From Candidatus Sulfobium sp. (lineage in GTDB: Bacteria > Nitrospirota > Thermodesulfovibrionia > Thermodesulfovibrionales > UBA6898), in assembly GCA_037380845.1 (NCBI GenBank), contig JARRRI010000051.1, positions 68,755 through 88,183 on the forward strand: DNA of 19,429 nucleotides, in the 5' to 3' direction. Below are positions 1-7,615 of the stretch, piece after piece. The notes under the pieces were generated by a model. It was not told where the DNA came from. It did not search any database and worked only from the letters and a program-made list of their open reading frames with translations. The translations under genes and the position numbers were made by a program. Within the stretch, counting starts at the first letter, position 1. Every line of letters begins with the position of its first letter.

Positions 1-10
1 AAACCTGTTA

Positions 11-1048
11 TTGTCAACTTATTTTATCGACCTGTGGAACACGCCGAATCCGGTATCAAGGGCATTGCCGGTGCTGACTTTTTCCGAAAATGGGACTTTG
101 CAGATAGACAGATATGCCGAGCAGGTTGAAGACAAGAGCAAGGTTGAAACTCACTTCTATTCGGATAAGGCCCCTTTGCCGACACTGGTTGTTATCCCGT
201 TTTACGAGGTGCTTAAGGCTCTGGGTCTCGATAGAATCGGAATAAAGGCGTCTCAGAGGTTTCCCATTTATATCTGGAGGACGCACGGGGTCGCGGACGG
301 GCGGGAACTTTCTTTCGACAAAATAGTGCCTGTCCTCTGGCTCGGAAGTTTTCTCTGTGGATCTCTACCGTTTGCGTTAATTGTCGTGCTCAGTTTTTTG
401 AGGATCCGGGACAGGAGTCTTCCTCTTTCACCGGTTGTAATGGTAATGATGGCCTTTTACGGGTCATTACTGCTTGTATTCTCAGGTACTTACTTCAATC
501 ATATCTTTGCCGGCTTTCTGCTGCTACTCAGCTACATATGTCTTAAAGACCGGAAGTTTGCCCTCTCGGGACTGTTTGCCGGGTTAAGTTTCCTTTCAGA
601 ATATACTGTGGGACTGGTATTACCCCTCTGGACCCTGCTTATTCTGATTAATGAAAAACGGATTAAAAAGTCTCTCTTATTTGTCGGAGGGACCTTGCCA
701 GCCGTGGTTTTCATCGGCATATATAATTATTTGATCACGGGTACTCCTTTCGTAATGGTGAACGCCTTTCATTATGCTTACGGTAAAGAATTGAGCCATG
801 ATTATGGGTTCGGCTCCCCTTCGCTGACATCCCTATGGGGCCTTTCATTCAGCGGCTCCGCAGGACTGTTCGTATTCGCCCCTGTGCTGATGATGGCTGG
901 CTTCTATATGCTGAAACTGTGCAGAAAGAAAGACTATCTGACCAGGCTCCCCACAAATTATCTTTTTGCGTTCGGCCTTATATTTTTCGTCGTCATTGCT
1001 TCCTTCTTTACCTGGTGTTATTTCTGGCTCTCACCGCCTATGGGTTAG
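11..1048 (+). CDS. Polytopic membrane protein, GT-C/ArnT-PMT-like glycosyltransferase; 5' end probably outside the window, 3' part frameshifted
   Basis: Frame is open from position 2. Many hydrophobic TM segments; motifs YSDKAP, GTYFNH, SEY, YNYLITGTPF and GLFVFAPVL resemble GT-C-type membrane proteins. The hydrophobic tail continues in another frame after ~1012. Confidence 0.6.
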   Translation: MSTYFIDLWNTPNPVSRALPVLTFSENGTLQIDRYAEQVEDKSKVETHFYSDKAPLPTLVVIPFYEVLKALGLDRIGIKASQRFPIYIWRTHGVADGRELSFDKIVPVLWLGSFLCGSLPFALIVVLSFLRIRDRSLPLSPVVMVMMAFYGSLLLVFSGTYFNHIFAGFLLLLSYICLKDRKFALSGLFAGLSFLSEYTVGLVLPLWTLLILINEKRIKKSLLFVGGTLPAVVFIGIYNYLITGTPFVMVNAFHYAYGKELSHDYGFGSPSLTSLWGLSFSGSAGLFVFAPVLMMAGFYMLKLCRKKDYLTRLPTNYLFAFGLIFFVVIASFFTWCYFWLSPPMG

Positions 1049-1302
1049 CCGGCGCATGGATTGCCAAATCAACGCTGGTGTTTATGGTGCCCGGCCGCTT
1101 TCTTCACGGCGCACAACATTCAAATACTCTTCTCGACATTCTCCTCCCGGAATTCCTGGCTGGACGCTTTAATCCCGACAGCCTTCCAACGCTTATCTTT
1201 GGTATGTCACCTTTTTTGAGCGCGGCTTTATGGCCGGTGGCGTTCATAATTTCTGTAATAGCTCTGTCATATTGGCATAAAAGGTTGTTATGTCGATGGT
1301 AG
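1012..1302 (+). pseudogene. Out-of-frame C-terminal part of the preceding membrane protein
   Basis: The 835..1302 frame becomes protein-like only from LVLFLALTAYGLAGAWIAKSTL..., ending in a TM helix plus basic tail (ALSYWHKRLLCRW). Confidence 0.55.
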
Positions 1303-1468
1303 AGCGAGGAGACGAGAGCTTCAGTCTGTCGTTTTGGGATTAAGATTCGAGCAGGGAAACCTGCCTGCCCGCAGGCTGAAAGCTACACATGTACCGAAAA
1401 AACTAAAGCCAGCGGTAATTGGAGAGCTTCAGTAAATAAGATGAGATAATTCTTGAAGTTGCGACGCC

Positions 1469-2230
1469 TCAAGTTCCGAGCTTTCTGCCGGTGTCGCTGA
1501 AAATTGGGAATTTCTTTACCTTCCACCCGCTTAATACATATTTCAACATGGTAACAATGATGCCGACCCCGTACTTGACGCTTTTCCGGAAACTTATAGA
1601 GGACGCCTCTGCAAAATATTTTGTCGGGCAGCTCAGTTCGCCTATCCTGAAACCAAAGAAGACCGCCTGGACAAGCATCTCGTTATCAAAAATAAAATCG
1701 TCGGAGTTCTCTTCGAGGGGCAGAGTTTCCAGGACCTCACGCGTAAATGCCCTGAAACCGGTGTGATATTCTGAAAGTTTGGCGCCAAGAACCATGTTCT
1801 CGATGAAAGTCAGAATTCGGTTTGCAATATACTTATATAAAGGCATGCCGCCCTTAAGCGCCGTGCCTCCCAGTATCCGGGAGCCGAGAACGAGGTCATA
1901 ATGCCCGGACGCAATCATGGACGCCATGGCGGTCACAAGACGCGGTGAATACTGGTAGTCCGGATGTACCATAACGACGATGTCGGCATTGCACTTCAGC
2001 GCCTCCAAGTAACAAGTTTTCTGGTTTCCACCATATCCTTTGTTCTCCATATGAAGTATCGTCCTTATGCCCAGTTGACGGGCCAGTTCCGGAGTACCGT
2101 CTCTGGAAGCGTCATCAACAAGAAGCACCTCGTCGACATATTCATGCGGGATTTCAGCATAAGTTCTGCGGAGAGTCGTCTCTGCATTATAAGCAGGCAT
2201 TATTACGACAAGTTTCTTGCCGAGAATCAT
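1469..2230 (-). CDS. Glycosyltransferase family 2, DPM1-like (polyprenol-phosphate sugar synthase)
   Basis: [37 protein letters not shown] and EYHTGFRAF motifs; 4-bp overlap with the upstream TPR gene. Confidence 0.9.
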   Translation of the reverse strand: MILGKKLVVIMPAYNAETTLRRTYAEIPHEYVDEVLLVDDASRDGTPELARQLGIRTILHMENKGYGGNQKTCYLEALKCNADIVVMVHPDYQYSPRLVTAMASMIASGHYDLVLGSRILGGTALKGGMPLYKYIANRILTFIENMVLGAKLSEYHTGFRAFTREVLETLPLEENSDDFIFDNEMLVQAVFFGFRIGELSCPTKYFAEASSISFRKSVKYGVGIIVTMLKYVLSGWKVKKFPIFSDTGRKLGT

Positions 2231-3309
2231 TTTTGTGGCATCATTCTCTCGTAGCAGGGGGTCTGCCGAATGTTTTTAAGTGAGGGATCTTTTGCAATGA
2301 ACCCCCAGTCAACATCTCCTTTTTTCAGGCCGAGTTCCAGACTCTTTGTGAACCATTTGCACGCTTCTTTCTTTTTGTTTTTGAGGGAATAAGCGGCCGC
2401 CATACCGTAATATGCCAATCTGGACTGGGGGTTTAGCTTGGCGGCCTTATTGTAATCGGAAAGGGCGCGATCGAGATCCCCCTTCAACTGATATGCTGTG
2501 CCGCGGTTGTAATAGATTTTGTCATTTTGGGGGTCCAGCCCAGCGGCCTTGCTGTAGTCGGAAAGGGCCTTCTCAAGATTCCCCTGTGATTGATACAAAA
2601 TACCCCGGTTGAAATAGGCCTGACTGTTTCGAGGGTTCAGTTCGGCGGCCTTGCCGTAATCCGAGATGGCCTTATCGAGATCTCCTTTTGTCTGATAAGC
2701 GAATGCCCGGCCGAAATACGCATCCTCGCCCCGGGGGTTTATCTCAAGGGCTTTCGTATAATCTGAAATGGCCAGGCCGGTTTCTCCGTTCGCCTGATGC
2801 GCCGTACCACGGTTGTAATAAGCCTTGTCGTCCCCGGGGGACAATTCGATGGCCTTGCTGTAATCCGAGACGGCCTGGCTAATATTTCCTGTTGCCTGGC
2901 AGGCAAGACCCCGGTAATAATAATATATTTCAGAGCCGGGGTTGATCTCAACGGCCTTGTTGTAATCCACAACGGCAAGTGTGAAGTCTCTTTTAAGATG
3001 ATGGACTAAGCCGCGGCGATAAAAGGCCTTGTCGTTCTTCGGGTCCAGAGCTATGGCCTTGCTGTAATCCTGAATGGCTTGGTCGAGTCTTCCTGTTGCC
3101 TGGTATGCGATGCCCCGGTTGAAGTGGGCAGCGGCAAGGATATGATTGTCGTGACTCTTTTGGATCGTGCTGTTGCAGGCGCGGATAGCCGCGCGGTATT
3201 CCATTTTATCCACAAATTCTTTACAGGGAGACCAATGATTTTCGGCAAAAACGACGGATGAAAGAAAAAGCCCTGAGAAAATCAGCATCCACACAAGAAT
3301 CGGTTTCAC
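2227..3309 (-). CDS. Exported tetratricopeptide repeat protein (~8 TPRs)
   Basis: Signal peptide ending VVFA; 34-aa repeats of the form AYxNRGxAY...G..D.AI.DY.KA.EL.P; C-terminal cap [15 protein letters not shown]. Confidence 0.9.
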   Translation of the reverse strand: MKPILVWMLIFSGLFLSSVVFAENHWSPCKEFVDKMEYRAAIRACNSTIQKSHDNHILAAAHFNRGIAYQATGRLDQAIQDYSKAIALDPKNDKAFYRRGLVHHLKRDFTLAVVDYNKAVEINPGSEIYYYYRGLACQATGNISQAVSDYSKAIELSPGDDKAYYNRGTAHQANGETGLAISDYTKALEINPRGEDAYFGRAFAYQTKGDLDKAISDYGKAAELNPRNSQAYFNRGILYQSQGNLEKALSDYSKAAGLDPQNDKIYYNRGTAYQLKGDLDRALSDYNKAAKLNPQSRLAYYGMAAAYSLKNKKKEACKWFTKSLELGLKKGDVDWGFIAKDPSLKNIRQTPCYERMMPQK

Positions 3310-3399
3310 GCTACTTTATCCCACAATGCAGCAATAGAACACCTCAACTCCGAAGAAAGAATCAACGACAGTGGCTCCCGGCGGCCCCCTGTTTCCAAA

Positions 3400-3445
3400 T
3401 GGTGAGCCGTGCCGGGATCGAACCTGCGATCCGCTGATTAAGAGT
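3400..3445 (-). repeat. Displaced 3' fragment of tRNA-Lys(CTT); att-site direct repeat
   Basis: 46-bp copy of 4592..4637 with 2 mismatches, running from the anticodon loop to CCA. Confidence 0.9.
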
Positions 3446-3787
3446 AAGAAGAGCAAGCGAAAAACGGATTAAAAAACAATGGGTTACAGGCTCAAAAAGT
3501 GTCCACGTGGTCATCATTGTTAATAATACCATACATACCCTTCTTTTTTGGACCTACCGAACGGGAAAGGGAAAAATGAAGTGAAAGCCCCTAAATTTTT
3601 TTCTCACCTGGCTGAAGAACACGAACTCGCCGCACCTTACCTGGTGGACAGGGAAGGCCCGCTCACTTCTTTTTCGACCTCTTAATAAAGGGGCCTTTTC
3701 TTTTTGTTTCGAAGAGTGGTAGGATTTTACGGGGCTAATCTATAGACGCCGAAAACAGATGTCTAACATTGAAGCGAGGAGGGAGTT

Positions 3788-4447
3788 ATGAGAATTTTTG
3801 CGGGGCTAGTGTTTAGCATCTTTTTTATTGTATCAGTGGCAGGGGCTGATCAGTTCCCCTTGAATTTCTCAGCATCAAAAGTAGACGTGACCGCAATCGA
3901 TACTATCAGGATTCACCATGTGTCAGCTCCATGGGCCGAAGGATCCTACTGGATAGATTTTCAGTGGGATCCGGCGAATCTGGCCATGATTCCGGTGAAT
4001 GCCGGCGCGGAACCGCAGCCAACTGGTCTGACATGGAATTTAAGTAGCTCAACATATCAAGCTGCGATTGCGGCAGATCCTGCGGAAAGATCGCTGACGA
4101 TTTACTTCAAGTGTATTGGTCCAGTGTGCGATTTTGACGCTGTCTCCAGCGTGACCCCCGGTTGCCAGTTGGGTTTATCGTTTTTCCAGGGAAACAGCTT
4201 TTACTTTGGTTTGACGACGAATAGTTCGCAAGTGAATAGCTCGAAAGCATTCGTCTCTGCTTTGTCTTCGACAAGCGAGTGGAACGTGTGCGGGACTCTT
4301 TATTACAATGAGGAAGTCGGAATAAAGATCACCGATTTACCACAGTGGTTTGATTTTGCGAAGACATTTGAAGTTAATAATATTGGTCTCTATTGGGATT
4401 CTTGGACCTTGAATCCTGATGGTAGTGGTTACATCAGTTCTTTCTAG
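3788..4447 (+). CDS. Hypothetical secreted protein (islet cargo)
   Basis: Strong SD (GAGGAGGGAG), signal peptide ending VAGA, 219 aa, Ser/Thr/aromatic-rich with 4 Cys; family not recognised. Confidence 0.75.
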   Translation: MRIFAGLVFSIFFIVSVAGADQFPLNFSASKVDVTAIDTIRIHHVSAPWAEGSYWIDFQWDPANLAMIPVNAGAEPQPTGLTWNLSSSTYQAAIAADPAERSLTIYFKCIGPVCDFDAVSSVTPGCQLGLSFFQGNSFYFGLTTNSSQVNSSKAFVSALSSTSEWNVCGTLYYNEEVGIKITDLPQWFDFAKTFEVNNIGLYWDSWTLNPDGSGYISSF

Positions 4448-4591
4448 TTAATGTGAGTTATCATGACAGCATGATAAAATAACCAGCGATAGGCAACATT
4501 CGAAGGCGGTCACGTGTGGTCTCAACTGCCACTGAAAAAGGAAATCAGGGAGCCGCGAGACTTCCGCAACTCCCCGAAAGAAGGAGAAAAA

Positions 4592-4667
<76 letters not shown>

Positions 4668-4773
4668 ATATCAAAGTCAGTGATCAGCAAAAAGTGAGCA
4701 GTGAATAGTAAAACAAAAAAACGGAGCTTCAGTCAACTCACCGATGCCGATCAGCCTGTCCCGTAGGATCGGT

Positions 4774-4849
4774 TGGCGCGCCTGAGAGGATTCGAACCTC
4801 CGACCCTCGGCTCCGGAGGCCGATGCTCTATCCACTGAGCTACAGGCGC
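4774..4849 (-). tRNA. tRNA-Arg(CCG)
   Basis: GCGCCTG...TCGGC-CTCCGGA-GCCGA...GGTTCGAATCC...GCCA, 76 nt. Confidence 0.97.
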
Positions 4850-4901
4850 ACAGAGACAGCTTAAGGCTAAAAAGCTGCAAACTTTGTTTGCGCAATTTAT
4901 A

Positions 4902-4978
4902 TGGGGTGGGCGAGGGGATTCGAACCCCCAACACCTGGAGCCACAGTCCAGTGCTCTAACCATTGAACTACGCCCACC
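4902..4978 (-). tRNA. tRNA-His(GTG)
   Basis: CTGGA-CTGTGGC-TCCAG anticodon arm, encoded G-1, C73 discriminator and CCA. Confidence 0.97.
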
Positions 4979-5071
4979 ATTAACTGCCGGTTATAGTGAA
5001 TAGTGAATAGTAAAACAAAAAATGATGATTCAGTCAACTTGCTTCGCCGATCTTCCCGAGCCGGATCGGGT

Positions 5072-5148
<77 letters not shown>

Positions 5149-5181
5149 AATGTCGGAGTCCTGTGAATTGCCCGGAAATTC

Positions 5182-5211
5182 ATTATAAGAGGTTATAAGA
5201 AACCCTGTCAA
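5182..5211 (-). promoter_or_regulatory. sigma70 promoter of the tRNA Arg-His-Arg-Lys operon
   Basis: Minus strand reads TTGACA-N18-TATAAT, ~33 nt upstream of tRNA-Arg(TCT). Confidence 0.85.
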
Positions 5212-5348
5212 CTCTCACTTGCGACACATGTCAGGAGAAAGGAGGCGAAAGAAGTCCGGTCACAATCCCGCCGACTTCCGGATCATGAGCGCAGAAACAT
5301 TGACTGGGTTGCACGAATTTTGTTTTACTATCCTTCTGGAAAACAGAT

Positions 5349-5424
5349 GGGCGGTTAGCTCAGCTGGGAGAGCGCCACGTTCGCAACGTGGAAGTCGGGG
5401 GTTCGAATCCCCTACCGTCCACCA
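5349..5424 (+). tRNA. tRNA-Ala(CGC)
   Basis: GGGCGGT/ACCGTCC acceptor stem with G3:U70, CCACG-TTCGCAA-CGTGG anticodon arm, CCA. Confidence 0.97.
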
Positions 5425-5473
5425 TTCCTTTTTTGAAATGATCAAGACATACTTTTTTTGAAAATTTTTGTTT

Positions 5474-6040
5474 ATGCATACAAAAGAACGACTCATTGAA
5501 ATCATAAGGGAAAGGTCCTATCAGTACAGCCACGAGCCGAAGTTCAAGCTTGCGTCAGGCGCTGTTAGTAATTTTTATTTCAACATGAAGAAGACCACCC
5601 AGTCGCCTGAAGGCATGCACCTTGTGGGGAAAATAATTTTCGAAAAGATAAAGGAACTCGGGATTCGTCCCGACGCCATAGGGGGGCTTACGCTGGGTGC
5701 AGACCCTATTGCTTGCGCAGTTGCCATGTATTCCTATGGTGCCGGCGAACCGATCGAGGCGTTTGTAATAAGAAAGGAACCGAAGGGACACGGGTTGAAG
5801 CTCCCCATGGAAGGTAATGTGAAATCCGGAGACCACGTGATTGTGGTTGACGATGTGGTGACGACAGGGGGATCCACTATAAAGGCCATAAATGTCGCTG
5901 AAGAAAACGGTCTCACCATAGACGCCGTAATTGTCCTTGTCGACCGGTGCGAACAAAACGGAAAACAGAATATAGCAGCCCTGGGTTACCCTGTTTACGA
6001 TATCCTCACGATAGACGATTTTATTTCTGCCGGGAAGTAG
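5474..6040 (+). CDS. pyrE: Orotate phosphoribosyltransferase
   Basis: FKLASG..SNFYF, GGLTLGADPI, IRKEPKGHG and PRPP-binding VVDDVVTTGGS motifs. ATG at 5474 is preferred over TTG at 5468. Confidence 0.93.
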   Translation: MHTKERLIEIIRERSYQYSHEPKFKLASGAVSNFYFNMKKTTQSPEGMHLVGKIIFEKIKELGIRPDAIGGLTLGADPIACAVAMYSYGAGEPIEAFVIRKEPKGHGLKLPMEGNVKSGDHVIVVDDVVTTGGSTIKAINVAEENGLTIDAVIVLVDRCEQNGKQNIAALGYPVYDILTIDDFISAGK

Positions 6041-6149
6041 GCGCAGCAAAGCGGTACCGGAAATATTTTGGACAAAGTAACAAAATACAGAGAGAGACGA
6101 TACTGCAAGTTTTCAAAAATCTTTCGGCTTTCTGTTATACTATTCGACA

Positions 6150-7469
6150 ATGAGTAAAAAGAGTCTGTTTCTTCTGTTTGTATTAGTTTTCATCGTTTCA
6201 GCAGTTGTCATTGGTAGCAGTACAAAGGCAGAGCCGGCGGAAGGCTGCGTTACAGGCCAGTGCCATTCCGACCTTTTAAAGGGAAAAGACGTACATCCTG
6301 TTGCCGAGGGCTGTGACACCTGTCACCAGGAGATAGCGAAACCCCATCCCCAGAAAGGCAAGAAGACCTTCAAGTTAATGCAGAAAGTGCCGTCGTTGTG
6401 TTTTATGTGCCACTCCCCTTTTGGAAAGCAGCCTCATGTCCACCCGCCGGTGAAGGACGGGATGTGCACAACCTGCCACAATCCGCACTCTTCCAATCAG
6501 GCGAAACTTCTTGTTCAGCCGCTGAAGGACCTTTGTCTTATGTGTCATCCGGACAAGGTCGACCATAAGGTTGTCCATGGTCCGACCTCGGCCGGCGACT
6601 GCACGGTTTGTCATAATCCGCATGAATCGGTGAACGACAAGCTTCTTGTGAAAAAAGAACCTGATTTGTGTCTCACCTGCCATGTGGACATGCAGGACAT
6701 GTTGAAAAAGAAGGACGTGCATCCGGCCCTTTCCATGGGATGTACGTCATGTCATGACCCTCACGGGTCTTCGTACCCGAAGATGCTGCCGGCTGAGGGA
6801 GCAAAGGTCTGTTTCCAGTGCCATCCTCAAATCCAGGAGACGGTGGAAAAGGCGAAGGTGAAGCATCCTCCCGTAATGTCCGAGAAGGGGTGTATTACCT
6901 GTCATTCACCGCATGCGAGTGACTCGGAGAAGCTTCTGTTGAAGCCCGGAGAAAACCTGTGCCTCAGCTGTCATACGAAGATCATCACGAAGTCGATGAC
7001 TGACATCCACGGGGCCATCAAGGCGGGCGGTTGTACCTCTTGCCACAATCCTCACGGTTCTGTTTACTTCAAACTGCTGAAGGAGGAATTCCCCTCTGAC
7101 TTTTATGTCTCTTACAATGACAAGGAGTTCGAGTTGTGTTTCACCTGCCATAACAGGGACCTGCTCCGCTTTCCCGACACGTCATATGCCACTAACTTCA
7201 GAGACGGCGATGTGAATCTGCATTATTTGCACGTCAACCGCAAGTTCAAGGGGAGGAGTTGTATAGCGTGCCATACTCCCCACGGAACCACGCTGCCGAA
7301 AATGCTTGCCGAAAGGATCACGTTCGGCCAGTGGTCTTTTTCATTGCAGTACAAGAAAACCGAGACCGGGGGAAGCTGCACTCCGGGATGCCACAAGACT
7401 CAGACTTATGACCGAAAGAACCCTACGCACCCCGCCGGGACCATAAGGATGCCGGCAGAGACGAAGTAG
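6150..7469 (+). CDS. Periplasmic multiheme cytochrome c (doubled-CxxCH type, 13 CxxCH + CX4CH + CX3CH)
   Basis: Signal peptide; repeating H.P...G.CxxCH.PH.S....LL......LCxxCH units; terminal CVTGQCH and CTPGCH. Confidence 0.92.
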   Translation: MSKKSLFLLFVLVFIVSAVVIGSSTKAEPAEGCVTGQCHSDLLKGKDVHPVAEGCDTCHQEIAKPHPQKGKKTFKLMQKVPSLCFMCHSPFGKQPHVHPPVKDGMCTTCHNPHSSNQAKLLVQPLKDLCLMCHPDKVDHKVVHGPTSAGDCTVCHNPHESVNDKLLVKKEPDLCLTCHVDMQDMLKKKDVHPALSMGCTSCHDPHGSSYPKMLPAEGAKVCFQCHPQIQETVEKAKVKHPPVMSEKGCITCHSPHASDSEKLLLKPGENLCLSCHTKIITKSMTDIHGAIKAGGCTSCHNPHGSVYFKLLKEEFPSDFYVSYNDKEFELCFTCHNRDLLRFPDTSYATNFRDGDVNLHYLHVNRKFKGRSCIACHTPHGTTLPKMLAERITFGQWSFSLQYKKTETGGSCTPGCHKTQTYDRKNPTHPAGTIRMPAETK

Positions 7470-7615
7470 CAATCTGTCAGGTTCAGGAGATCTTGCTCTC
7501 TTTCGGTTTCTTTGGAGAACTTTCCACGTTGCCCATATATAGTCTGCCCGGAGTTTTTGTTATATGAAGTCCGGGATTAGTCATCCTCTGAAAAAGTCTG
7601 TGTTATATTAGATTT

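Noticed and set aside
1314..1433. GAGAGCTTCAGT direct repeat at 1314 and 1422 as a target-site duplication
   Set aside because: It is only 12 bp with no element features between the copies apart from a partial palindrome; the evidence is insufficient.
2227..3309. DNA repeats in the TPR genes as DGR template/variable repeats
   Set aside because: The similarity follows the 34-aa TPR period, there is no reverse transcriptase, and no adenine-specific mismatch pair was seen.
3400..3445. Additional functional tRNA-Lys
   Set aside because: It lacks the 5' half and has a T-stem mismatch; it is an att-type remnant.
3581..3685. 34-codon GTG-start ORF inside the islet as an integrase or excisionase remnant
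   Set aside because: It shows no recognisable recombinase or HTH motif.
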